A stretch of 64,000 bases of DNA from Octopus vulgaris (taxonomy: Eukaryota), in contig OX597816.1 of assembly GCA_951406725.2 (NCBI GenBank), positions 79,670,001 to 79,734,000 of the forward strand, given 5' to 3'. The notes under the pieces were generated by a model. It was not told the origin of the DNA. It saw nothing but the letters and a program-made list of their open reading frames with translations, and searched no databases. Below are positions 41,518-54,382 of this stretch, piece after piece. A program made the translations under genes and the position numbers. The stretch's first letter is position 1. Each line of letters starts with the position of its first letter.

Positions 41518-42694
41518 ACGGGTTCACGACTATTCTCTGACTATCAGTTTCTACTCACAAAATATTGGTTAATCCGTTACTATAATAGAAGTCACCAAAG
41601 TTGTCGCGTGGCTGCGACGTGAATGTAGAACGGCAGAAGTTCATTTGATACAGAGCAAAGAATATTTAAATGAGGCAGTGTATTAGAACTTTTGTATTAG
41701 AACTTTCTAGAAACTACTGGCGCCAACGCTGACGTATGAAAGCTACTCATTGTAATGGACACTAATGTCAGCTTCCTGATATGACAAAGATGTCACAAGC
41801 TGCCGAAACTGTAAAAGAAACATAAAATCATTCTTACATTAACGGTCATGATCTCATTGATTACATTATTCCTGCGCGCTGTCTCTTCTCTTATGTCGTC
41901 TATATATCTGTCTGTTTGCCAGACTATCTGTCCGTAAGTCTGTATGTAAGCATGCATGTGTGTCCGTCTTCACATAGATTCATATGATCTCATTGGTTTG
42001 GTTACATTATTGTAAAGCAAGGTACAACTCAGAGTAGTTGAAGAGGGCAGTCTCAGCACACAAAGCTCATTTATAGATTTATTTATATTTATTTATAGGT
42101 ATGTAAATATCTATATACATAATATGTGAGTCTCTCTCTGCGCGCATAAACACACATACGCGCGCGCATGCACTCGATGGATTTTTCCATTGAATTGACA
42201 AATGGCGTATACATGTAAACAAGAGAACAGTATACTTAATATATGTATGGAAATAATTATATATACATACTCCTTTAGTCTTTTGCTTTTTCTGACCTGA
42301 CAGGCGTTGGTGTAAATACGTATATGCTATATATATGTACACACACACACACGTAACTATTTGGACTTTGAGTATATTTCTATTAGTATGTCGATTAAAG
42401 CACGTTCACCATTTGGGCTACCTGATGACATCCACAATTACGATATAATTTTCACTGGGTTTACGTCAGGAAATCCACCGAGAAAGAACAACCTGCCAAG
42501 GAGGACACAGTATATCTAGTGAGATATCTATTTTTTAACATGAAGCACTTGAGGTGACACAGCCTGCACTAATTGATGTAGCACAACTAGATACACAATA
42601 TCTTACCCCTAAAGGATAGCTGCAGGATGGGGCTAAATGAAAGTCCTGCTGAATAAAGATTCGTATTAAATCCATCTTCCGTTTCCCTCATCAG

Positions 42695-42732
<38 letters not shown>

Positions 42733-42805
42733 GTGTATATTTGTATATATATATATTTATATATATTATGTGTATATATTACATGCATATATATATATAC
42801 ACATA

Positions 42806-42892
<87 letters not shown>

Positions 42893-43059
42893 ATATTTGT
42901 ATGTATGTATGCATATGTATATATATATAAGGAAAGGAATAAGAGGATCATAATAGCAAATGTATTGTACAATATTATACAAAATAAGATTTTTTTTCTT
43001 CGAACCGCTGTTACTTTTCAAATGTTGTGTTTTTGTTTTTGAAAAAATATCCGAAAACT

Positions 43060-43760
43060 AAAATTGCAAGAGCTTAAGAACGTACTCAAAGACAGACACT
43101 ACCCAATTCAAGTCATGAATGAAGGGATTAAACGTGCAAAATCGATTAACATAAGAACATTAAGAAAAGTCGAGCACACTAACACACCTACTCTGAAAAC
43201 ACTACCTTATGTTTCCACATACAACCCCAGAAACAAAGAAGTGTTTAACATCATTATCCAAGATCTCTCAATCCTCCATAAGGACTTCAAATTCTATGTA
43301 TCCATAAAATCATTAAAAGCAGTAAACAACCAAAGACATTAAAGAAGATTCCCATAAATGCTAAATTATTCTCAAGAATAACAGACGCAAGAGTAAAAAA
43401 ATGTGGTTGTCCTAACTGTGGAATATCTCCCAATCTTCTGAGGAATCAGAACCCATTTTAGACAAGGGCAAAAATTCAAAATTAAATCCAACTTCACATG
43501 CTCCTCTGAAAACCTCATTTATGTAATCAGATGCTCAGGCTGCCATAAAAACTTTATAAGGTCGACAGGAATGTCTATCAGACAACAGATATCGCTAGAT
43601 ATATCAGTGAACACATTGACAGATGTGCAGAACAACTGCAACCACAATTCCTAATATTCCCATTATATCAATTTGCTATATGGACATCAGTATAAGTACA
43701 ACTAAATAAAGAGGCCTCTTTTATTGAAAGATATAAGCCAGAATTAAATATAAATCTATA
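43060..43760 (+). pseudogene. Penelope-like element fragment (RT C-terminal region, Cys linker, GIY-YIG endonuclease)
   Basis: LQELKNVLKDRHYP..LPYVSTYNP (ORF 43064-43342), KCGCPNCGI (~43399), FKIKSNFTCSSENLIYVIRCSGCHKNFIRSTG (43475-43570). Confidence 0.8.
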
Positions 43761-44408
43761 TTGAAAATTAAAGATTTACCCCATCTATTGAAGCATATAA
43801 GCCAGAACCAAATGTAAACTAATATTAAAAATTACAGTTTTACCTCCTCTTTACTGGAAAATACCTTGGTTACAAATTACCCCTATCCCCCAACTAGCAA
43901 ACAAAATTTTAAATTCAGAATTGCATCCAAAACTCAAAATCTGAAAAGCGATAGTGAAACCGGTTATTATGTTGGAAGTAAACGGAAAGAATACATTCAA
44001 AAGCACAAAATAAAATATTATGTAGTTTAGGACATCCACATACCTGAACTTCGGCTTTTGGATATATAATCCTCGAGCCTCTTTAGCGTGAACTACCTAG
44101 TAAAAATTCAAGACCGTCACGTTAAACACCCACAGTGCAACTGGTTTTTGTTTTGCACCAAAAACAGCATACGGTGAGTAGTAACATCCTATTTCATATT
44201 TTAGTGTTTGAATGTTTGCTTATATATATATATATATATATATATATGCATATATACACACATGCATGTACATGTCTACATATATATGTATATATACATA
44301 CATATATGGGTACAGGACGTCAAGAAAACGTGAACAAAATGAGAAATGAGAACATAAACAAAAGCATGAAAAACGAACTTTTTTTCGAACAACGAAAGAA
44401 ACAAATAG

Positions 44409-44538
44409 AGAAACGAGATAGGCAACATAAAGAAGAATCCCTTCATCAGTTGTCCCCTGTTTTATTCGAAACGCGGAGTAGATAAAACAGGGGACAACTG
44501 ATGAAGGGAATGTTCTTTATGGTGCCTGTCTCATTTCT
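44409..44538. repeat. ~57-bp-arm inverted repeat (hairpin) with 16-nt loop
   Basis: 44409-44465 pairs with 44482-44538; the inner 27 bp (CCCTTCATCAGTTGTCCCCTGTTTTAT) pair perfectly; loop TCGAAACGCGGAGTAG. Confidence 0.9.
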
Positions 44539-44597
44539 ATACACATGCACCACACACACGCTTGCACACATTAGTTCTCAGGAGTCACCATTACCGT

Positions 44598-44764
44598 TCG
44601 AGCTGGTAGAATCGTTAACGCGCCAGGCGAAATGCTTAGCGGTATTTTGTCTTCGCGTTCTGAGTTCAAATGCCGTCGGGATCGACTTTACCAGTTACTC
44701 ACTGGGGATCGATGTAATCGACTGGGACACACCCCTAAAATTTTGTGCTTGTGCTTATAGTAGA

Positions 44765-44766
<2 letters not shown>
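44598..44766 (+). mobile_element. SINE family A copy with (AAT)n tail
   Basis: CGAGCTGGTAGAATCGTTA..GGCGAAATGCTTAGCGGTATTT..CTGAGTTCAAAT..GGGGATCGATGTAATCGAC, internally deleted. Confidence 0.75.
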
Positions 44767-44803
<37 letters not shown>

Positions 44804-44835
44804 TATTATTATTATTATTATTATCATCATCATCA

Positions 44836-44921
<86 letters not shown>

Positions 44922-44924
<3 letters not shown>

Positions 44925-45690
44925 AAGTTTTATTTTTATAACGTGCTTTGACTGCACTACCGAACGCAGCTCTGTGTGCCTTGGGTATGTGCTGTGGTTT
45001 GCTGCGATGCTCTTATGGTTACTGTATTGAAAGTGTTTTACGTAGGATGTGTGCAGTGCCTAGTGGTGCTATTTTCTGTATGTTATCTATATTTGTTAGT
45101 CCTGGTGTTTTTTGTTATGTATTTGTCTGAATATTTTTTTATCATACCTAATGCGCCCACTATGATAGGAATTGTTTCTGTTTTTAGACTCCACATTTGA
45201 GTTACCTCTATTTCCGGGTCTTTGTATTTTGAAAGTTTCTCCATTTCTTTTAGACAAACTTTGTCATCTGCTGATATTGATACATCAATTAGAAAGCATT
45301 TTTTCTTGATGATCTCTGACAACTATTTCTGGCCTATTGACCTTAATTTCTCTATCTGTGTGTATTGGCATATCCCATAGTATGGTTGCTTTCTCGTTTT
45401 CTGTGACCTTTACTGGCGTGTGCTTATACCGTCTTTTTTCAGTTGTTATTCCATAGTGTTGGCATAGCTTCCAGTGTATGTAGGTCCCAACTCTGTCGTG
45501 TCTGTGAATATATTCCTTCTTAGCCAGGACTGGGCAGCCAGAGATAATATGATTTATTGCTTCTTGTCCATCTCCATATATTCTGCACTTACTTGTTATG
45601 TTTCTTTTCATTATATGTTTTTGGTAATTTCTGATGGGAAGGCTTTGGTCTTGTGCTGCAAATAAAAATCCTTCAGTGTCCCTTTTATTC
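44922..45690 (-). mobile_element. 3' fragment of an R4/Dong-type LINE with (TAA)n tail
   Basis: TEGFLFAAQDQSL, KCR..EAINHIISGCPVLAKKEYIHRHDRVG, ILWDMPIHTDREIKVNRPEIV, LIDVSI..KLSKYKD, IPIIVGALG; the tail is the plus-strand (ATT)n at 44802-44921. Confidence 0.9.
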
Positions 45691-45915
45691 AACCTTGTTT
45701 TTCTAGTCATCTGGCCATGCTGGACAATTGAACTCTGCACATTTTTCTCTCTCCGTTTTTTTTTTTTTTTTTCATTTTCTCTCCATTTTCCCCCTCTTAA
45801 TCCTTAAGAGCGTAGGCTTGAAACGTAAAAGACTACTCCATGACTTCCGAGTAGTAAACTAATGGCCTGCTTGTTTTTCCTACACCTGGCTTCGTCTTTT
45901 GTCTTCTGTAAATTT

Positions 45916-46098
45916 TAAGGGTGTCACAAAAGAACTGGTTGGATGCCCAATCTTCCGAGTTCTTTTACTGGGCTTAGAAAAACTGAAGGACCACTGCAAT
46001 AAGTGTGTAAATCTGAGAATATGTTGAATAAAATCATAATTAACTGACTCTCTTGTATTTTCTTTTACCCAAAGCCAGGGACTTTTCTGTACCCCCTA
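45916..46098. mobile_element. Truncated copy of the mariner-derived MITE at 40451
   Basis: Shared GGGCTTAGAAAAACTGAAGGACC..GCAAT..AATCTGAGA and right TIR AAAGCCAGGGACTTTTCTGTACCCCCTAG|TA. Confidence 0.7.
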
Positions 46099-46228
46099 GT
46101 ACACATACATACATACATACATACATACATACATGCATGCATGCATGCATACATACATACATACATACATACATACATACATAAATACATACATACGTAC
46201 ATACATACATACCTATATATATATATAA

Positions 46229-46259
<31 letters not shown>

Positions 46260-46348
46260 ACACACACACACACACATATATATATACACATATATTTCTC
46301 TTACTGTTTTCTCTCTCTCCTCTCTTCCTCTTCATCTATATGTGTGTG

Positions 46349-46409
<61 letters not shown>

Positions 46410-47076
46410 TGTGTTCCATTGCTAGTTAGCTACCTACTTTTGTTTGCGGCACCATTTTCCTATCTGCCTTGGTCTCTCCTCTCCTCCCGTTTTGAAACTC
46501 TACTTTTCTTCTTCTCCGTCTACTAAGCTAAACGTTTCGCCAGAAAACAAAGCCCAGCCATACTGTTGAGACACACTCACTCCCCCCCCCCCCATGTTGT
46601 CTCTGTCACGTTATATCTGTTTCGAGTCCATCAAATCACTAACTGACTTCGGAAATCAATGTCGGTTTATAGCATCAGATTGCTATCCAATTCCAAAAGC
46701 TCTGTGCAACATCCATTGATGCCTCATTAGTCTTGAGAACTACGTATGCAAATAGGCTCTTTTGAAATGGTCTTCATTTCCGACAAACTCCCCACTCAGC
46801 TATGTAAAACAATTAGGCGGCAAATTGAAATTCCTTATTTCTATGCGGTCTTTTTGTTTTGCTTTTAGCGATTGGTGTGGAGTTTGTGGTGGTGGTGGTG
46901 GTGGTTGAGGTGGTGATGGTTGTAGTAACAGTGGTGGTGACGTCTGTGTTGGATAGTAATGTCTCTCATCCTCCTCTTCCCTGTTTTAAAGCGAAGTGTA
47001 TATGCATATGTGTGGGTACGTGTGTGTCTGTATACGCCCATACATATTCAATAACACACATATGTACTCATTTTCT

Positions 47077-47107
<31 letters not shown>

Positions 47108-47607
47108 TATATATATATATATACATATATATGTGTGTGTGTGTATGTGTGTGTCTTAATTTGATGGTAGCTATGGAAACCAATGACAAAGTCAAAAAGA
47201 AAATACTCAAAGAAAATATAATGCAAACACATTCTTCTCTTCTTTCTCTCTTCTCTCTCTCTCTCTCTCTCTCTATCACACAGAGCAAGTAATCTAAAGC
47301 CACAGAAACAACGACAGTGGCAATAGTAGTAACAGTAGCAGTAGTAAGGTGTATCTCTACTACAATTGTCATCACCAAATAGTACTATCAGGAAGGGCTC
47401 CTAAATCTAGGAAGCCACTGTTTGGTTATTCACTTGATATATAAGGAGCAGTGACGAAACCCTCATCAGCTAATAAAGATATGATCACAAGAGAAATATT
47501 TTTGATTACAAGTCTACACTCTCTCGGGGCTGATCTGGAGGTAAACAACAGCAACAACAACAGCAGCAGCAGCCGTCCAAGAATTTGGACCTTGAGATCT
47601 CCATTTC

Positions 47608-47663
47608 CAGCGACTTCGAGGGCCACCTCCCAGTGGTGTCGGGCGTCAACGAAGAGCCCTCGA
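47608..47663 (+). ncRNA. Candidate HDV-like ribozyme fold (short P1, possibly degenerate)
   Basis: P2 TCGAGGGCC/G(A)GCCCTCGA, P3 ACC/GGT, L3 TCCCAGT, GG after P1', and CGAA before P2'. P1 is only 4 bp (CGAC/GTCG). Confidence 0.4.
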
Positions 47664-47879
47664 CTACAACAAGACGACCAAAGTTTTTTTTCTTTTCCAA
47701 GGTCAGGGGTCTTCCGCCCCTACGCCCTAGACCAACCATCACCTTATCACCCTTATCCGTTTTGTTGATTAACAACAACAACAACAGCAGCAGCAGCAAT
47801 AACTACAGCAGCAACACACAAATTGCAATAGTAGCAGCAACGAGAAGAACAGTAGAAACAACAACCAGGCATTTATCTG

Positions 47880-49379
47880 ATTACCGACAAATGCTTTTTT
47901 TTCAGGCACGGGCAAATAGACGAGGTGTGAGTGAAGAAAGTGCATTTTATACATATGTTGCACCCAAGTTTTTTTTTAAAGTTTTGCAACATAGTATCAA
48001 CTATGACCTTGTAATTTGAACACTTATTGTTTCCCCAAAAAGCTCTCGACAACACATTTGAAGCTCACCCATGCCCGTTTCTGAGATTTATTTATGGATT
48101 TCTCATAATCTGGGCCTTTCATTAGTTTACGAATGTCAGGACCAACAAATATTCTTTTATATTTGGGAATGTTTTTGAGAGATACTGCAAACATGGTCCG
48201 TCTACAGGCAAAGATTTAACAAACTGTTTCATTAGACCCAGTTTGATGCGCAAAGGTGGTAGCAGTACTTTTGCAGGTTCAATCAAGGGCTCGGGCAGAA
48301 TGTTTTTGAATCGAGGTAACAAACTTCTATGAGGCCAGTTTTAGAAGCATGGCATTTTTGTGTAGCCGGCCTGCTGGCCTAAAAGCATGCCTATAATTCC
48401 GAAATTTCCACACATTTATCAGTGGTATTCTGCATACTTTATATTTAACAAAAGTTTTTTTTTACACTTTCATATGTCTCCTTTAGTTATACAGAATATG
48501 CCACTGAAATGGATGAATACTTATTTCCATTGTGTAGTAAGACAGCCTTCAAACTCCTTTTGGAGGAATCAATGAATAGCCTCCATTCTGAGAGATTGCT
48601 CTTGACGTCAAAATAGTTTAGCAGGTTTGGAATATTACAACAAAACACCGTTGATTCATCCTCTGCAAAGAATGGTAACAACTCGTGTTCCCTGTGACGA
48701 CACCAAAAGAAAAAGGTTCCCGGTAACAAAAGCTTTTTCAAATTCAGCCTAGAACCAAGAAGTTCAGCTGCATTCTTTGGTAGGTTCAAATCTCCCACCA
48801 AATCATTGAGCTCTTCCTGTATAAATAACTGTGGATATTAAATTTTGTCAGGCGTGTAGTCATCACCTTTTTCACATTTGTCTTCTTCATTATCATCTGA
48901 TGTAACATTTTCCAAAACAAGTGGTGAGAGAGGAATTGGAACGTCGACCCTAAGAGCAATATGCTGTATAGTCGAAGGAATAAGATACATTATCTTATGT
49001 TTATTTTTTGCACTGTACCCATCAACTTTAGTAATGCAGAAATAACAATCGTCAACGTGGTTACTCGGCTCTCATCATATCACTGGTATTCCAAACGGCA
49101 TTTCTTTTTCCTTACTGGCTTTCCAGAGTTTCAGCTCCTCCACTGAAGTGTGACATACTTTATGGGGAGCTCAAGGTTTGCAAAATATATAAGCAAAATA
49201 TAGATTTTTACAAGATCAGTTATACTTTGTCTCTGCTTAATGACAACATACCTGCCACAAAAAAACCCCAAAAAACTAGACATGATGCAGAAAACAAATA
49301 ACAGATCTGAAATCAACATAAAATATTGCTTTAAAAAGTTATGTAGAGATTTAAACATAGAATATCATGCTGACTTGTG
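47880..49379 (-). mobile_element. Chapaev3-type (CMC group) DNA transposon remnant
   Basis: Fragments CGRYVV, PHKVC, MPFGIPV..REPSNHVDDCYFC, AELLGSRL, EWRLFIDSSKRSLKAVLLHNGN, LPPLRIKLGLMKQFVK, AWVSFK..FLGNNK..LGCN..HFLHSHL. Right terminus GTG|TTA (CAC on minus). Family assignment is from recalled motifs. Confidence 0.75.
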
Positions 49380-49559
49380 TTATCAAGCGGTCGCACTACA
49401 AGAACATTCAGTGTAATTTTTCGTAAGGTGTGCCATTCAGAAAGTCCCGTGGCGGCACTTTGCCCATGATTGTTCTACGCGATCGTTTGACTTACTAGAT
49501 ATGGCAGCCAAACTTAACCCTTAAAATACTACCACCGTATTAAAATAATGCTTTCTATT

Positions 49560-49760
49560 AGAGGTACAAGGCCTGGAATTTGGAGGAGGGGGCTAGTTGA
49601 ATACACCGGTCAAAGTGCTCCACTAGCACTTATTTTATTGATCCGGAAAGGATGAAAGGCAAAATCGACCTCGGTGGAACTTGAACTCAGGACTTGAAGA
49701 CGGGCGAAATGTCGCTAAGCATTTCGTCCGGTATGCTCACAATTCAGCCAGCTCGCCGCT
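49560..49760 (-). mobile_element. SINE family A copy
   Basis: GGAAAGGATGAAAGGCAAAATCGACCTCGG..TTGAACTCAG..GCTAAGCATTTCG..CCAGCTCGCCGC. Confidence 0.8.
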
Positions 49761-50099
49761 TTTGGCCATTCTGAATTGTGCGGCTTAAGAAAGACTGTAT
49801 CTGAAAACTGAAATAAGACTGAATGACCTTGTCTTCTCACATCTATATGGGACCTAAAACAATTAACGAAAGCATAGTAAATGCTTCTATGTCATATTCG
49901 CTTGCGAGCAGTGTGTTGATTGGTAAAGGATTTAGTAGTTTTCTGCCTTGCTATGTTTTGTATATTTTCATGCTTAGTTCCTTGATGCTGAGTTTTGATG
50001 CGCGTTGTCATGGTGCGTTGTGTTCTAGGTTATCCCTATATTTTTTTAGATCGCCAATGTAATTAGTTCTATATTTATTCATATTGTTTTGTGGGATAT

Positions 50100-50269
50100 G
50101 TCTTTTTGAAAATGTCTATAAATATTTCGTAAGTACAGCAGTATGTATCACTGGGCTTTTGTTAATTTCTGCAAACTTTGATTCTGTTTGAAGATGGAAG
50201 TGGTTTCAGCAAGTTTTTAGGAAGTTTATGATTGTTTGTTTTTATTATATCTATTGATCTGTATATTGC

Positions 50270-50305
<36 letters not shown>

Positions 50306-51200
50306 ATGTATGTGGTCGGAAGAGGACCGGAGAATTGTTCACCACGTAGTGTGGTACAGAAGGGGAAGTTTGGAGAAGAGTTATTGCAGTTAGCTTGATG
50401 AAGCTAGCAGAGGTGTTGGTTCGGGTTGCTTAGAATGTAAAGGAATTTTAGTTGTAATATTATTGTCTTACTCTGTGTATTCTGGATCGTTTTCATTTTA
50501 GCATGTGATGTGTGCATTGAAGTCTCCTCCAATTACGTTGGAGCTTTTATATTTGGGCTTTGTTGAGCTGTTATATTTGGGGTGTTTAACACGATCGGAG
50601 TGCTATTTATACTGATAATACGTTTCGTGTGATTCCTTTCATTATGAATGCTTGAATTTCATGAATATTACAGAACTCTGTTAATGGTTACATTTCATTA
50701 GTAATATACATATACTGGATGAATGATTTCATGTTTATCATAAGGCTTTCTTCCTAGGTTGAGTTGTCCTCTCTTAGAGTTATGTATTTTAGAAATAAAA
50801 AAAGCTCCGCGTTGTTTGTTATTTCATTTCTAACGACGTGATTGTGCTACAACGATTTTTAAAAGTTCCTTATCTGTATTTTAAGCCTTATTACTGTATT
50901 GTCGTATGTTTAGATTTTTATTTTGTGTATATAGATTATACATTTGCTGTTTTGGCTGCAACTGTGTATTTTATGTGTAAGTGCGTTTATTTACGTTTGT
51001 TGTATAGTTTCACCATGAGGATATGAACAAATGTGTGAGGCAGGATAATGGTAGCACTTCCGGTGTTCTTTGTTGTATTGTTGTAACTTTGGGGGTTTGT
51101 TTATGTGAGCTGTAGATATTCTGTATTGTTCTGCATATGCATTATCTAATGAAGGAAGCTGGGATACTATTTACTGATGAGTGTTTTGTGGGAATTCAAA
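50100..51200 (-). pseudogene. Highly degraded LINE APE endonuclease remnant
   Basis: Minus strand NVIGGDFNAHI at ~50506-50538; the rest is too decayed to define, so boundaries are a guess. Confidence 0.35.
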
Positions 51201-53163
51201 GCTGAGGTCAGATTTTTCTATGGTCAAGAAACCATCAAAATAAAAGAAGTGATGTAGTAACAATAAAATCTCCAGCAGAGCTCATCGGAGTTACTTAACA
51301 GCAACAACAATAACATCACCGAACACTGTGAAGATAACATAAATACGACCTTTTACTTCCTCTGTGTATGTGTGTGTATTATGTCGTATGAACATACGAG
51401 CGCGCACGTGTTTGTGCGTACATGTGTATGTGTACGTGTGTGTGTGTACGTGTATGTGTGTATGTGTGTATACTGTTGCTATAATAGGCTTTAAGTGAAA
51501 AATTATGCAATAGAACCAGACATTCACTAAAACAAAACAAATGCTATCGTATTTTCCATCACTTGATGGTCTATCAATAAAAGCAGTTGTAAAAATGATT
51601 AACTGTGACTGAATGAATTAGCCATTATTCTAAGACATAAACAGCTTGAAAACAGTTTCAGTTATAACAGCGGTTGCTTGGTTAATCAAGATTACATTAA
51701 CTGAATACAGCCGTGTAAGTTATCACCACAAATGTGGAAACAAGCTTATGGAGAGTAGAGGCCAAATTTCATATTCTAATTTTCATTATCTTCCGAAGAT
51801 CAGCAGCTAGAAACTCAGAATAATAATTTTTGTAGGTTCAGCTTACAATACATTAGGCCTTTAGAATTTCAATATCAAGCACTTACTTCTCATTCTCATG
51901 TTCCCATTTACGTGATTATTATAATAAGTAGAAAACTGACAAAGACAGAAAATAACTGGCATATTGAATTTTTGGAAGAAATGTCTCTATTCTTTCTCAT
52001 ATATATTACTTAAAATGCCCCATGAAGAGACATGAAGAGTTTATACGAAGAATGTCATTGCTACATGTTTTTCGACAAAAGTAATTTTAGTATTCACTTC
52101 GATAAACAAGTGAGGGGATTTCCTGGAAATGTGTGAAAAAGCATTTTTAAAAAATGTAAACTTGTAAAATAGTAAGCTTTTTTTTCAAAACACTTTAAAC
52201 AAGCTTTTAACATCTTTCTAAAATTCTGCAAAAGCTGATTTTTGTTTAGGCAAGACAAAAAATAATGTTTACAGAACAGACAGAAACATCTATCCAATAA
52301 AATTATATTTAAATAAAATTTTGCACGTACATTTATAAATCTGCAAAGCCTGAAACCAAATACATTGCCAGTAACTTTAATACACACGATAAAGTAGAAC
52401 ACTTAGTCCACGTCCACCATGCATTACACTTAAGAATACAAAGTTAATTTTTCTAATAAGCCTGAATGCAGGTTAATTATTTCCATAAATGAATTATAGT
52501 TGGCAAGTTCATTCTAGATTTCATTATATTTAGGATGAAATATCCAATTTTTCTCTCATTTCGGAGCAATAATTATGTCTCTAATAGAATGATTTAACGG
52601 ATCAGCATCAAACAACGCAGCAAATTTGCATAACTTGTCATAATAGAACTCTATTCTTGTATTATTATACATCCTTTTTCTGAAATTTCTTAAATCGAAT
52701 TTGCTATTGAGATCATTATGCACGCAGGGAAATTATCTTGATTTGAGCCAAAAACTGAGGTGAATTTTTTTGATGTTGACATGGGGCACACACAAGCGCT
52801 AAAATATGCGAAATTATTTGAATCTACGTGTCGAATATTTTTAAAAGCGTTTTCGTGACTTGCGATGAGTTTTATACAAAATCCACCCTCGTTACTACAG
52901 GCTCAGCTCACATAAACTGTCATTAGCTGCATAGAATTATTTAGAAAACTATGGTAGAGAATTACCGTTGATATTAAATCTTTTATATAATTTTCTAGAT
53001 ATTACTTCAAATTAAAAGAAGAGTTAAGTTCTTCCTTGCTTAAAATCTAATTAAAGATCATTGTATATAAACAACTTCAATTACTTCTGTACCATTCTAA
53101 GTATATTCTGCTTATGATCAGTCAAAACCAAATTCATTTTCTCTTGCGTTTTCATGTTTGGAT

Positions 53164-53232
<69 letters not shown>

Positions 53233-53484
53233 ATATATGCATGTATATATGTATATGCACACACATACGCACGCACGCACACACACACACACACGAGGTA
53301 CTCCACATTTAGTAAGACTTACCTATATTACTATTTAAAACTACTTGATTCAACCCCATGCAACTTAAAATTTCGAGAGTTTCTTAAAGAAAATCAGTTC
53401 ATTGAGTTCGACGAATTTGGCTACTGAAAAGAGCATACGAAACTCTGAGTTGCAAGGGGAATCAAGCTGTTTTAATAATCAATA

Positions 53485-53775
<291 letters not shown>

Positions 53776-54307
53776 CATATATATACGTGTGTATACATTG
53801 ATAAATTTACTCAGACGTTTTACAAGCACGAATCCCTGAGGGTGAAAGAATTATTTACATGTATGTATGTATGTATGTATGTATGTATGTATGTATGTAT
53901 GTATGTATGTATGTATGTATGTATGTATGCATGCATGCATGTATGTTTTATGTATTTTTGTATGCACGTATGTATTTCATCTTATCGAATGCATGTCAGC
54001 AAGTATGTCGATTGAAATTTGAGAAACGTGTTGGTGATAGTGCTATCACATGTGTTGTGAAGAGATGAAATTTGTAAGCATGTATTCATGTGCATGCGTT
54101 TGTGAACGTGCGTGTATGATGTGTGTATGACCCTGTGTAATAATGTATCTAAAAAAAAGTTCAAAACTTTTTTATAGCCATCCTCACCCGGACAAAAAAA
54201 TAAAATAAAAGGACAAAGAATACAGAGAAAAAAAAGCGCATAAAAACAAAAAAATCGAAAACGGTAATTAATAAATGGAAAAGACCTTTGATTGATTTAT
54301 TTATTTG

Positions 54308-54382
<75 letters not shown>

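Noticed and set aside
42650-42700. Minus-strand CTGATGAGGGAAAC as a hammerhead core (also CTGATGAG at ~47463-47470)
   Set aside because: No stem II can form between CTGATGA and GAAA, and no matching stem I/III with a cleavage triplet was found.
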